64,000 nt of DNA from Amoebidium appalachense. Lineage: Eukaryota; Protista; Ichthyosporea. Both the position numbers and the translations under genes were made by a program. Below are positions 28,521 to 41,165 of this stretch, one piece after another; positions within the stretch are counted from its first letter, which is position 1, and each line of letters starts with the position of its first letter. The notes under the pieces are model-generated. The model was not told where the DNA came from and searched no databases. It worked only from the letters and a program-made list of their open reading frames with translations. The DNA lies in assembly GCA_963693365.1 (NCBI GenBank), contig CAVNZM010000005.1, positions 1,426,001 through 1,490,000 of the forward strand. Direction: 5' to 3'.

Positions 28521-30230
28521 ATACCCAAGTTCTGTAGACAGCGAATGGGCTGAGGCATTGACTATGTGATGGGTTGGATGCTGATGGTGTGCCTTCACAC
28601 AGATTCGTGTGTGCCCAACCCCTGCGACAATGGTGGAACGTGCACTTCGGCAAGTCCCCCCCTCCCCCCCCCCCCCACAAATGCAAGGGGTTTGTCGATT
28701 TCTTGCCTCTTTTTTTCCCGAGGGGAGGGAAGAAAAGAAGGGGGGGGGGGGGGGGGGGGGGGGGGGAAGAAAACGAAGAAAACAGGAAATTTTTTTTTTT
28801 TTAAAAAAAAAAGCTAAAACATTGACGGGCAAGCAAAAATAAAGAGTAGATGAGATGCAACCGTGTCTGACTTAGTTATCCTTAAATGGCTACTGAAGCT
28901 GCTACAGAATGCAACACAGTGCAACATTTAGGGATAAAAGGGACCTGGCGACTGCATGTGCTGTTGTCATGATGTGTATGTGTGATGGAGCTGGAGAAGG
29001 ACTTCGGGGTTGGGGGTGGGGTATGGAGTGGCAGTGAAGAGGGGAAGAGTAGGGGGGGGAAGGTGGGAAGGGAAAGCCTTTAAGTAACGACCATATTTGG
29101 AACCCACAGGCTGGCTCTGGAGGATACACGTGCACGTGCTTGTCACCCTTTTCGGGCAACAACTGCGAGGGTACGTGCCTGGCCCATAACCTGACCTCGT
29201 GGCTGTGTTATGATGATATGTGCGGTGGCTGAGTTATGTTCATGTGCTATGTCATTTGTACATGCCAGAGGTGTGCTGGTTGAAATATCATGGTAGAAGC
29301 AAAAAGACGAATCTGGCAACTATTCACATGCCCGGATGCATAACGCTATCACGTTGCAGATGTGGATGAGTGTGCGCTGGGCACCCACGACTGCCACCCC
29401 GATGCCACGTGCAGCAACACCAAGGATGCCTACGACTGCCAGTGCAAGCCCGGCTTCTTAGGTGACGGCAGCAACTGCACAGGTATGTGTGTGTTTGCAT
29501 GCCAAGACATGCATGCCTCCATGTATGCTCCCATGTACATGGTGTCTATGAACATACATCTCTAATCCGATCTCATCTACTCCGATCCGCAGCACTCTGC
29601 AAGAGTGATCCCCCCTACTGCCTGAATGGGGGCCAGTGCACCATGGTGACGGTCAATGTGCCTCTGGTGGGCGCCATGAGTGCGCCGAACTGCACGTGTG
29701 ATCCAATCTACTCAGGTTCGCGATGTGAAATCGTTCCTGCAGCCAGTCTTGGCAACCTCATGGTAGGTGTCTCCTCGATAATCCTCATAGTTTGCTCCAC
29801 GTGAATCTGCCAAGGATATGATTGCAACTGTGAATTTAAGACATTGGTCGTTGTTACACCCAAGAAGGGAAATCTCTATGCCTGCTGCCCGTGTGGGCTA
29901 CTGTGCGCATAGCTACTGCAATCTCATGCCTCTGTTGTCCTCCAGGGCTTCCTGTGGGTGGACGTGAACGAAGACGGCAAGTTTGACAACGGCACGGAGA
30001 CAGTTCTCTCAAATGCCCGGATCAACCTGTTCCGTGATGGGGAGATCATTCGCCAGAATTTCACCAACGGGTTTGGCTACTACTACTTCCCCTCACTGCG
30101 TCCTGGTATTTCCTTCCCCCACCCCCCCCCCCCCCCCCCCACACACACACAAAAAAAAAAAAAAACATGAATAAAAATGCTTTCCCTCACTTGTCTACTC
30201 CAATCCATTCTCCCAATGAATGACCCGCAG

Positions 30231-30312
<82 letters not shown>

Positions 30313-33300
30313 CACGCACACACACAAGGCAACGGTGTCTAGCCATTGGATGCTGTTTTCTTATCGTTCAAAACGCTCTTACACCCATTCTTGATTGTTG
30401 ATTGGGTAAGTAACAAGTGTACGTCCACCACAGGCAACTACCACGTCGAGGCCCTCAAAAGCAGCTTCCCGCCCTCACGTACTCTCGACATCCCAATCAT
30501 GACCCTCACCGCCAACCGCATAGCAAGCATTCCATGGGCACGCTACAACCAATCAGCAAAGGTTGTTGTCTGGTTCAACCAATCAATGGTCCCCGCAGTT
30601 GGTCAGGGGCCATATGATAAGACGGCGCAAGACTACATCCTAAGTTCGTTTATCCAATGGTTGGCGAGTGTGGGGAGCACGGCCATGGATGATGCCTACA
30701 GCACCAAGTGGTCTGGCATCAACAAAACCGCCATTGCAATCAGCGACATGAAAGAGTACCTAAAGCGCAACACGGAATGGACACCACCCGTCATCACCGA
30801 GACAGATCGAAATGGTGTCGGGAGCACATCTCTGAACCAACTGAAAAACCAGTGGAAACAGGGAAATTTCACTGGATTAAAGGTTAGGCGTCAGGCTGCA
30901 ACCGATACTACTGCAAACACGACAACCACCAACACCACGAGTACGGATCCGGCTGCCCAGGGCCCACCCTATACAGGTGTTCTTGCTCGGGACGCCACGA
31001 TCCAGTCGGGGACCACAACAGAGGTGCAGATGAACGTTACAATCGGTAGGGCCCAGCAAGCCAATACCTGTATATTTGCGTGTTTGGGGGGAGAGGGGGA
31101 GAGAGGGGGGGGGAGGGGTTGTTAGGGGAGTGGAGGGGGGGGGGGGGGTTGCTGACACTGCCTGCCTGCTTACCAAACACAAAAGGTTCTAGGCTAACCC
31201 TGCATCAGGTTTTGCACCCATGCTGTTTTCTTTATCTAACGTTTAGGCTGTTGTATGAATATTCGATTCCCTTTTTAAAGGCAGTCTACTTCCTTTATCT
31301 GGCACGTGACTATGAACGAATCTGATTGGTCAGAAATTGACACACTGCCCGTTGTACACTGCAGAGATCAATCCGTGCACCGATGGGTCTGTGGTTTGTG
31401 CTGCTGATGCCATCTGCCTCATTACCAACCCCACCGCCACGTGTGAGTGCAATGCGGGTTACACCGGAAACGGCAACATAACATGCGTGGATCTCGATGA
31501 ATGTTCGTCAAAAACCCACAAATGTGATGTGGCTGCACTTTGCAGCAACACCATTGGTAGTTACTCGTGCGGGTGCAACTCAGGATATGTGGGTAACGGT
31601 ACTGAATGCACCACTACCGATCCCACCAATCCGTGCGGGACAGGAACGCATTCGTGCGATCCCGTGGCCACTTGCACTTTCACACCCAGCAACATTACCA
31701 CCACGGAGGGGAACAACACCGTCACGGTCAACCGCACATTCACGTGCACGTGCAATGCCGGGTACGAAGGTAATGGAGACACGTGTTCTGCACCCTCCAA
31801 TACTTCCACCGTTTCTTCTTCTTCCGCTTCATCCCCAAGTACAACCGGGTCCTCGGCAGCAACTACCACCGACAGCACAGCCACGTCAGTCGGCACAGGT
31901 GCTCCTTCCACAACCACTACGGACACCTCTGCCCCAGGTGCAGCTGCCTCAAGCACCACGGATTCATCTTCTGCCCAGGGCGCCACCACCACCACAGCAG
32001 GGGCAGCCCCAGTCCCCACGGCCACCGACACAACAACAAGTGCACCCAGTGCACCCGCTGCCCAAGCCGCCACCACTGATTCCTCCACGGGGGCAGCCCC
32101 AGCACCCACCACCACTGATTCCTCCACGGGGGCAGCCCCAGCACCCACCACCACTGATTCCTCCACGGGGGCAGCCCCAGCACCCACCACCACTGATTCC
32201 TCCACGGGGGCAGCCCCAGCACCCACCACCACTGATTCCTCCACGGGGGCAGCCCCAGCACCCACCACCACTGATTCCTCCACTGGGGCAGCCCCAGCAC
32301 CCACCACCACTGATTCCTCCACTGGGGCAGCCCCAGCACCCACCACCACTGATTCCTCCACTGGGGCAGCCCCAGCACCCACCACCACTGATTCCTCCAC
32401 GGGGGCAGCCCCAGCACCCACCACCACGGCCACATCTGCAAATGCACCGCCTGCTGCTGCCCAGACCACTACCACCGATTCCTCATACGGTGCTACCGGG
32501 ACATCATCTGCCTCGAACACAGGGGCAGCTGCCACAACCACCACCACAGATTCATCCACAACGGCACCGGGTGCACCTGCTGCCCAGACCAGTGGGTCTG
32601 GATCTGGGTCTTCTACTGGTGGGGCTGCTGGTCCAACAACAGGTATGTGCTGAGTTTTCCATTCATGGGGAGCTTATTGTTGCGTTCTTTGTAGCATCTA
32701 CATCATACTTACCTCCCCCCCCCCCCCCCCCCCTCCCCCCACCCACACACCCACACACACACACCAACTGGTACCGCCACCACCTCCGCTCCCCCCCCCC
32801 CCCCCCCCCCCAACACACACACACACACGCACACACATGCACCACCACCACCACCACTACCACCACCACCCCACCCAACCTACCGAGATTTGTAGTTATC
32901 TGCACATCCGATGAAGTCAAAACTATGCATGCACAAGTCTTGAGCACTATCGATGTGCCTTACTGACCACCCCCCCCCCCCCCCCCCCCTCCTCTTAACC
33001 ATGCAGGACTGCAACAAACCACATGGCCTGCCATGAATCTTTCTGGAATCTTCTATGACAGCACGTGCTGCCGCCGCAAGGGTACGTATAAGTCCCCCCC
33101 CCCCCCCCCCCCCCCCCTCGCATGCGCTCCCCCGCCTAAAAAAAAAAAGAAAGAAAGAAAGAAAGAAAGAAAGAAACAAAAACCCCGGCACACTAGCACC
33201 ATCAAGCTTATAACCTGGACCAGGGAGTCCCCTTTTGCCTAAAAGATGCACTTATCAGGGACAGTGTGACGATTATCTCACCACCCCTCTTTTTGCAGCC

Positions 33301-35960
33301 ATGGGCGACATGGTGCCCCGGTCCTACGCGCTCAAGTTCTTCAACCTGCAATGCTCCACATACAACTGTGCTGCCGAGGGTGGGTCCCCCAAAGCCGGCG
33401 CAGTGTCTGTCTGTCCAAACACAGGCTGCAAGTTCGACATGTGCTGCACTGCACGCACCTGTGAGGGGGAGAACTTTGCCTGCCCTGCTGGCAAGATGTG
33501 GAATCCTTTGCCCTGCCCACTGGCTGGGTGCAACTCGGCCCATTGCTGCATTGGTAGGACTCCCCCTCCCTCCCCCCCCCCCCCCCCCCCCCCCCCCCCA
33601 TACACACACAAGTTCTCTTTCCTTTTTCCCTCCGTCATACCCGTTCATAATGATGGACAGACGGGTTTGGATGGAAAGGTGCTCATATATAGTAACCTTG
33701 CACACACAAAGGCACACGACACCCTTCTTAGGCTAGCTCCTTTCAGTGCACCTACACCAAACTTCAATTTTATCACTCAACTTACCTTTTTTGGAGTGTG
33801 TGTGTGTGTGTGTGTGGTGCGGGGGGAAGGGGGGGGGGGGGGGGGGGGGGGAGGCTCGTTTACATAGAGTACACGTACCTCGACATGTGTGCTTTGCTAA
33901 CACATCCTTATTCCAGATCGTGTGAGCTGTGACAACCGTGCCTACCAACTGGCCAACGGTGATTTCGAGTATCCCACAGTCAACGCCATCCATCCCCAAT
34001 CAGAACTCGTCACTGTGGCATCCGGCAAGATGGTTGGCTGGAAAACCACCGACAGCTCGTTCGAAATGTACAAAAGTGATCCCAACGGAGTTCAGGCTAA
34101 CCAGGGCAGCCAATTTGCGGAGATAAACTCGCAAATTGACGGAGAGTTATCTCAGACTATCCAGACGGTCCCTGGAGATACGCTTGTTCTTCAATTTTCG
34201 CATTTGGGTCGTGGTGCTTCGGATACACTCGAAGTTTTCATTGGACCCGTGGGCGGAAATATAACCTCTGTCGGCCAATTTTCCAACAGCAACGCCCAAT
34301 GGAAACGCAACAGTGCCACATATTTGGTCCCCTCGGGAGCCAATCAGGTGGTCGTAAAGTTCAAGGCTTTATCCGGGCCTTCTAACTGTGGTGGCAAGAC
34401 GTGTGGCAACTACATTGACTCGGTGTCCATCCACCCCACACGGTGCAACGCAGGCAAGAACCTTCCCCCCCCCCCCCCCCCCTCTCCCCACCCACACACA
34501 CATACACACACACAGTGTGCACACACGCACGCACACACACACACACACACCGACACAGTCCCTCCCTAGTTTTTTCCCTCTTCTTTTGTTACTCCTCAGG
34601 CTTCCTGTTTCCTTACCCCCCCCCCCCCCCCCCCCCCCAATTCGTCAATTTGTCCTTCTCAATTTTTTATTCCTCAGGCGTCTTGTTCTCTTGTCCCTCT
34701 CTTTCAGAGCCTGCCTAAGATGTGGGCGCTCTGTATGTATATGTTATGATCCTTAACATAGACAAATGTGGTGTTCTTGTACCTGATATAGCTAACAATT
34801 TACACACATTTACATTATCATCTAAACCTGTACCTATAGTTCCAGAATACAAATATCTTGGTGTTCCGGTTGATTCTGTTGGTGTTATGTTTCCCCATAT
34901 GGTCGAAAAGAGGGTAGAGTTGGCTCGTAAGCGGTTAGCTTTCTTCTCGGCTAATATTTTTAAAGACACACCCCTCCATCCTTCTATTAGACTTACATTT
35001 ATTCGCACTTTTGTCTTCCCGGCATGTGAATATGGTTTACCCCTTCTCGCCGCTTGGATCAAGAAAGAGAGAACTAGAGCGCTTAAACCCTTGGCAAATT
35101 TCCTTGAAGCAGAAGTTGCCTCCTTTCTATCTAACAACTGTTGTAAACCTGGGCCTGTAACGCTCTCGATATATGGTCTGGTCCCAATAGCTGCTAGAGT
35201 ATCCTATCTCGCGCTGAAATTCAATAAGCACATAAGCCGCTTAAAGAAGTATTTGCCCTCCCACCCTCTCTTCTCTATCCGACCTGTCCCCTCCTCACCT
35301 CTCCCCTCTTTCCTCCCCTCTCTCTCCCCTTCTCCCCTGGGCACAAATACAAATAAACCCCGCAATAGTGTGTGTGTGACTTTGGACTGCCACTTACTTA
35401 TTAAACATGTACACAATCACAAGATAATCACGCAATATAACAAATGGAAAAAGATACCACACGACACTAGACCCGATGAAAGCATACACCTTGAAAAACT
35501 AAGCCTTATGTCTCGTTTTATATATACTGACCGCCTCAACCATATTGCCAAATATGGCACTCGCAAGTGTATAACACCTAAATACATATTACCTTCCTGT
35601 AGAACTGGTCTTTCTCTAGCTGATGGTATTATTGATCAATTACCACGCTTTTACTGTACACGTGCTATACAGTGGAGATCTAATAAGTATAAGGTGGCAT
35701 CATTTGCATGCCCAAACAACACACACACACACCAGTTTAACCGGTCATGTATCGCCAAATGTAGTTTGATAGACCACATAATACCGCAACACACACACGT
35801 CACATTCACAACAGACACCCAGAAAGATAGCCTACCTGTAAATTACAACATCCTTGATTTTATACTAAACACGCGTAACTACGACCTGTTTATTAGATGT
35901 ATTGATTGGCTTGAGAAACACATCACTACAAAATTATAGCGCACGCGCACACACACACAC

Positions 35961-36013
<53 letters not shown>

Positions 36014-36045
36014 CCAGCTGATACCGAGTGTCCCGAGGGGAGCCC

Positions 36046-36084
<39 letters not shown>

Positions 36085-37219
36085 GGGGAACCCCAACTAA
36101 TTGATTTCTCCTTGTAGTCTTTATGGTGTCTCGTAGAGAAAGTAAACCCTGATATATAGTCACCACCCGACATCTATGTACGTGATCATGATATACCGCT
36201 GAGGGGATATTCCGAGCAAACCCCCCCCCCCCCATACCTGAGACTGGTTCTCTTTGCCTCGAGTAAACAGCGTAAACCCCATGTATATGTAACCCAGTAG
36301 CATCCCATCTAGAAGCTATAAGTGTACTTTGCCCCACCGGGCTTATCACCCAGTCTGTAGCCTTCTACCCACTCTCACCTGTTCTACCCAACAGAGTTCA
36401 CCCTGTTGCCATGCGGCAGCTCCGTCCACGAACTCACCAATGGTGATTTTGAAACCCCGGCCGTTGTGCGCACATCCACCAGCCAGCCAGTCGGCAGCTA
36501 TGTGCCTGCCGTTGAGGGCTGGAGCACGACCGAAGCCGCATTTGAGCTTTGGCAGAGTGGATATAATGGCGTGGAGGCTGCAAGGGGCAATCAGCTGATT
36601 GAGCTGAATGCAAATGCTGTCGGTGCATTGTCGCAGGATATTTACGAAATTCCGGGTGACGAGATAACCGTGGCATTTTCACACCGTGGACGCGATGGGA
36701 CCGACACCATGAAGGTTCTCATCGGGTCAAAGGGCAACGCAAACATAACCTTGGGTGAATTTTCAACTGGAAATTCGGGCTGGAAGAGATATTCCGTGAG
36801 ATATGTGGTGCCCGAGGGCATGCGCAACCTCACGCTCAGCTTTGTGGCTGTCAGCTCTGCATCCGCTACGCTGGCCAGCGGCAACCTCATCGATGCAGTC
36901 AGCGTCATGCCGTCACGCTGTGTAGTCGGTGAGTAGTGCATCCACATGTGCTCGATGAGTGGATCCACATGTGCACACCATCTGCATTACTTTTGTGGGT
37001 CACAATATTTTAGGAAGTTGCCAATTGTCTTCACTTTGTATGGCGGAGTCCCCCCCCCCCCCCAAACCCCAAACCCCAACCCCAACCCCTCAGCCCCTCA
37101 GCCCACGACCCACCACCACCAACAACACATACCCCCCCCCCCCCCCCCCCCCCCCCCCGTTTCGTTGTTGTCTCCTCCATATTTCCAACCCCCTAACGCA
37201 TACATCATGCCTCCCCCCC

Positions 37220-37267
<48 letters not shown>

Positions 37268-38329
37268 AACAAAAAAAAAAAAGAAACTTCATGAAAGAAA
37301 GAGAGAAAGAAGAGAACTCAAGAAAGCAGGCTCCCTCCGTTTGTTCAACTTGGAGTCCTATCATGCACCCCCATCCAACCCACCCATCCTAACCACCCTG
37401 CAAACTTTTGCCCCAATTATGTTTGTCCTTTTTTTTCCTTGTACTTACCCCCCCCCCCCCCCCCCCCCCCCCCCGCGCAGCTCCAAGCATAGCGCACTGC
37501 AGCAACAACACCTACCAGTTTGGCAACGGGGATTTTGAGCAGCCCTCCATCCAGGCAGCAAACGAGTACTACCAGTTCAACCCCTCATGGGTGCCCAGCT
37601 GGAAGACCACTGGGTCGGTCATCGAGCTGTGGAAGGATACACGGTACGTGCAGCTGTACCTTGATATAGCGGGGTGCCTGGGTGGGATGGGCAGGGGTAG
37701 CAGCTTGGTGTGTGTTTGTGTATTTGTGGTGTGTGCGTGTTGCAGGCGTGTGTGCTTGTGTGTCCAGCAGTTTTGGGATTGGTGTGCTTGTGTGGAGGTG
37801 AGAAAAGGCTGTTGCTTTCCGCACTACTAATGTGTCGTAAAACATCTGTGCCTGACATCTGAATATATGTGCTACATGCATTGTTCCTTTCTATCTGAAT
37901 ATGCCGAATGCACATGTGCCTGACCTCTAATCCCATCCTCTTTTCACCTGCAGGGTTCCCGCAGCCAAAGGCAAACAGTTTGCCGAGGTCAACGGTGTGG
38001 AGGATGGGGCGCTGTACCAAGTCATAAATACCATCCCTGGAGATGAAATTGCAATCTCCTTTTCGCACCGTGGCCGTGATGGCACAGACACAGTCGAACT
38101 CTTTGCTGGCCCCGACGGTGCCCCGTTGACGTCATTCGTTACAAGTCTGGGGAGATTTGTGACGGCAAATGACCAGTGGGTGAGATATACGACTTATTAT
38201 GTAGTGCCACCCGGTCAGACGAGAACGGGTGTGCGCTTTAAGGCTGTAGCCACTGGTTCGAATGCGTGCGGGATAGCGTGTGGAAATTTCATAGATGATG
38301 TGGTGATCAGGCCTAAGCAGTGCCCTTGA
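10012..38329 (+). CDS. Giant secreted multidomain adhesin/extracellular-matrix-like glycoprotein (~3,914 aa, 39 exons)
   Basis: Signal peptide [29 protein letters not shown]. Phase-consistent exons: 10012-10245, 12005-12313, 12764-13054, 13356-13646, 14151-14441, 14992-15279, 15764-16756, 17308-18157 (CxxCPAGTY ephrin-receptor-like/GCC2-GCC3 repeats); 18411-18551 (Ca-EGF); 19114-19266, 19611-19788, 20467-20653, 21048-21234, 21692-21866, 22462-22589, 22920-23077, 23364-23481, 23666-23958, 24355-24742, 25131-25291 (split PA14 plus inserts); 25469-25639, 25990-26199, 26516-26554, 26845-27247 (VWD: [13 protein letters not shown]...TGICGNFD); 27563-27969, 28126-28435, 28603-28649, 29110-29170, 29360-29482, 29593-29762 (EGFs); 29946-30105, 30434-31045 (SdrD-B-like); 31365-32642 (3 EGF plus Thr/Ser repeats); 33007-33081, 33299-33553; 33917-34453, 36395-36928, 37481-37643, 37954-38329 (three NGDFExP domains). 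Lengths sum to 11745 nt, a multiple of 3. No C-terminal TM segment seen. Confidence 0.85.
11349..11851. repeat. Long imperfect (CA)n microsatellite, representative of dozens of CA/GT, GA and poly(C)/poly(G) tracts in the window
   Basis: Directly visible; this class of tract produces the poly-HT, poly-CV, poly-P and poly-G spurious ORFs. Confidence 0.95.
19272..19430. repeat. Intronic minisatellite, three copies of ~58 bp
   Basis: aagaa..ccc..catctctgctgggtttg recurs at ~19275, ~19330 and ~19391. Confidence 0.8.
22030..22195 (+). repeat. Diverged copy of the short poly(C)-associated intronic repeat family
   Basis: ggtcggaacccggtta...cccccagaggatgggctctcattatttatgtgcatactct...cttcgtact...acattc matches the reverse complement of 62572-62748. 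Confidence 0.65.
26267..26464. repeat. Intronic minisatellite, ~53-bp unit, about four copies
   Basis: gttcgatctggggtgccc recurs at ~26337, 26390 and 26443, with a degenerate copy at ~26267. Confidence 0.85.
32071..32425 (+). repeat. Coding 39-bp tandem repeat, nine copies, encoding mucin-like ([13 protein letters not shown])n
   Basis: Unit caccactgattcctccac(g/t)ggggcagccccagcacccac counted nine times inside exon 31365-32642. Confidence 0.95.
34745..36280 (+). mobile_element. 5'-truncated non-LTR retrotransposon (C-terminal RT, thumb and Cys/His region) in an intron of the giant gene
   Basis: ORF 34722-35939 contains LNIDKC, YKYLGV and FVFPACEYG, typical of the end of a LINE-type RT domain. 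TSD atgtatatgt at 34735-34744 and 36281-36290. A second copy lies at 50327-50922. Confidence 0.88.
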
Positions 38330-39333
38330 AATTCGTCAGAGTTCTATCTCTGAATGCACTGGGTTATATCTGTTGCACTCTGACTCTGTATGTGTTCCTT
38401 TATTTCATTGTCAGATGTTTACATAACGTGTACAGTAAGCGAATGTGGCCATTTGGCTTTTCTTCAGTTCAAGGCATGATCAATCATTTTATTTCCGCGT
38501 AGCCCAGTAGTATTCAGTATACGACAAATATTCGCACATGTAGATAATAAGGTGACAACAATGTGCATGAGTGGAGTAGCGGTGCTAAAGGCATCACCTA
38601 TTCACCTGGTGATGCATGTTGATCACGAGTGGGTCCTGGAGACCCGAAATATAACTCAGTTTGTGTGCTGTACACCGAGCTGTGAAAAATAAATTACGGT
38701 ATGCTTTCTGTTATTGAGTTCGATCCCCGGCGTTTCTAAAAGCTCAAGGGAGTTGCCCTGGGAAGTAAGCCCAATCATGGGGTTGCAGTGGCCTAGTGGT
38801 CACCGTGGTGGTGTGGTGGTGAAATAGATCAGGTTCTGTGTGTGCGCATGCGTGTATGCATGCCTCTTGGTGTGTGGGTGTGGGTGTGCGTAGTGGGTGG
38901 GTGACTAGAGCGGGGTGTTGTGAGTGTGTGTTTTGAAGGGGGGGGGGGGGAGGGGGAGGGGCATGAGTGCACATGTCCGTGTGTGCCTATGTGCGTGTGC
39001 ATGTGTTCGACAGTGTGTGTGGTTGGGGGAGGGGAGAAGGGGTTGGGTGGGTGGGTGGGGGAAAAGGGGGGATGGGCCGGACCGGTGTGTGTGTGTGGGA
39101 GCGGTGTGCGTGCGTGTGGGTGTGCGTGTGGTGTGCGTGGAAGGTTGTGTGCGTGTGTGGTGGGTGGGTGACCAGAGGGGTGTTGGGTGGGTCTGGGCTG
39201 GGATGGGATGGGTGGGGCGGGGTGGGGGAGGTTGCGTGTGTGTGCACGTGTGTGTGTGTGGGGGGGGGGTAAGGGTAAAAATGGATTGAGTGAAAGGGGG
39301 GGGGGACGGTGGGGGGGATACGTGTGTTTTATG

Positions 39334-39364
<31 letters not shown>

Positions 39365-40156
39365 TGTGCACATGCGCATGATTTGGCCCGGGGTGGGGAG
39401 GGAGGGGCAATGGGGTCACCGTGGGGGAGGGGGGAAGGGGGCAACGGCAAATAACGAAGGACCACTGTGGAAGATGAATTCCAAGTAAAACGTTAACTAC
39501 CAGAAAAAGCAAAATACACCCGTACAGGCAAAAGAGAAGCAGAATCACGTGTGGAAGGAAGCAGCCGAAAACACAACAGAGCAACAATGTCATCTATACA
39601 TCCGCGTGGCCATGGCAAGAAGTTGCATGCTGTGTTTGTGTACACCAAGACTGCTAAAAAACTAGGAGCATAATCAGGATGCGCATGGCAGATGGAATGA
39701 TTGTGTGAGTGGGTGGTTGGGTGTGTGTGTGTGTGTGTTGGGCGGGGAGGGGAGGGGGGGGGGGGGGGGGGGGGGGGTCATGATCGATTCAGATATAAAT
39801 CTATCGTGCGTGCCATTACATGTATTTATTCGGGTCGCACATGCCCTTTTAGATTTGCGCAGTCCTGCAGAGATCAGCCCATTACATTTCTGACCGACAA
39901 CCACCATCATATTCATGAGTAAATGTCCTAAAGGGCATGATTGCCAAAATAATGAATTAAGACCCCGAATAGTCTATACCAATACTCCATATTACTACAT
40001 ATGTTGTTGGTCACATGCGAAGCGGCGCCAAAAACTGACTATGGAAGGCAGACTATGCAACAGGGACACACAATTCAAGCATTCCAAAGTTTTGGCAGAC
40101 GTTCGGATGTTCAGCAGGGTAGGAATACATACATGCCCAAATCCTTCATTCAACTA

Positions 40157-40349
40157 CTACGCATAAGGGTTTTGGCTACTCGAGCCTTCAATTCTATTAT
40201 TATCGTCACAGCTATGCTGCAACAGCCACGCCTCTTTCTTTAACTTTCTTAAAGTAACCGATATCCGCAGGCCCTCGGTAACAGCCTTGATTCCATGCAT
40301 CCAGTCATAGCGGCCTGGCCCGTGCATCAGCAACAGGTCTCCTGTGCGG

Positions 40350-40414
<65 letters not shown>

Positions 40415-41129
40415 CGCACGCGCGCGTGTTCGTGTGCGTGCGTGTGTGTGCACGCGCATGTGTGTGTGTGTGTGTGTGCGCGTGTGTGCTTGCGTGTGGG
40501 TGGGTTTAACAGTTGATTTCTTTAAGCCACAAAAAAAATACAGGTATCCCTTGATTCCCCCCCCCCCCCCCCCCCCCCCCCCAAAAAAAAAGGGGGGGGG
40601 GGGGGGGGGGGGAGGAGGGGGGGGGGGGGAGGGGGGGGGGGGGGGGGGTTATTATCTTCATCGTGAATAGGGTCCAACGTGTGGAACTGTGCATGTGGTG
40701 GTAGTGGTGATGAATTAGGAGGAAAGGGGGGAGGGGGGAGGGGGATGGGGGGTAAGTTGGCATGTGTTTCTATTCATTTTTGAAAGGCACAAAATGAAGA
40801 GCGGAAAACGGAAGAATAGGAGGAGAAGGAGGGGGAGGGGGAGGGTGGAGGAAGGGGGGAGGGGGAAGGGGGGAGCGGGGCGTGGAGGGGGGGTATTAAT
40901 ACCTGGATCCAGATTTGCTTCCCTCACCACTTTGTCGTCACCGACCAGATAGAACTGCATGTCACAGCTGCTGCCCAGAGACACAATGGCTATGCCGTCC
41001 TCGAACCGGGCCAGATCTACGTGCGGCTGGCCCGACCCGGTCCGAATGTCAGCCCGAGCTCAGCAGGGAATAGACTATGCCATCACCCCTTCACTCACCT
41101 CATTCGCATTTTCTGCTGCTGCCCCCCCC

Positions 41130-41165
<36 letters not shown>

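Noticed and set aside
31497-32966. Long alternative-frame and antisense ORFs over the 39-bp repeat
   Set aside because: They stay open only because the repeat unit is a multiple of 3 and lacks stops; the EGF-containing frame explains the region.
38569-38800. tRNA or tRNA-SINE, from B-box-like gagttcgatcccc and A-box-like words
   Set aside because: No cloverleaf could be formed and the box spacing and order are wrong.
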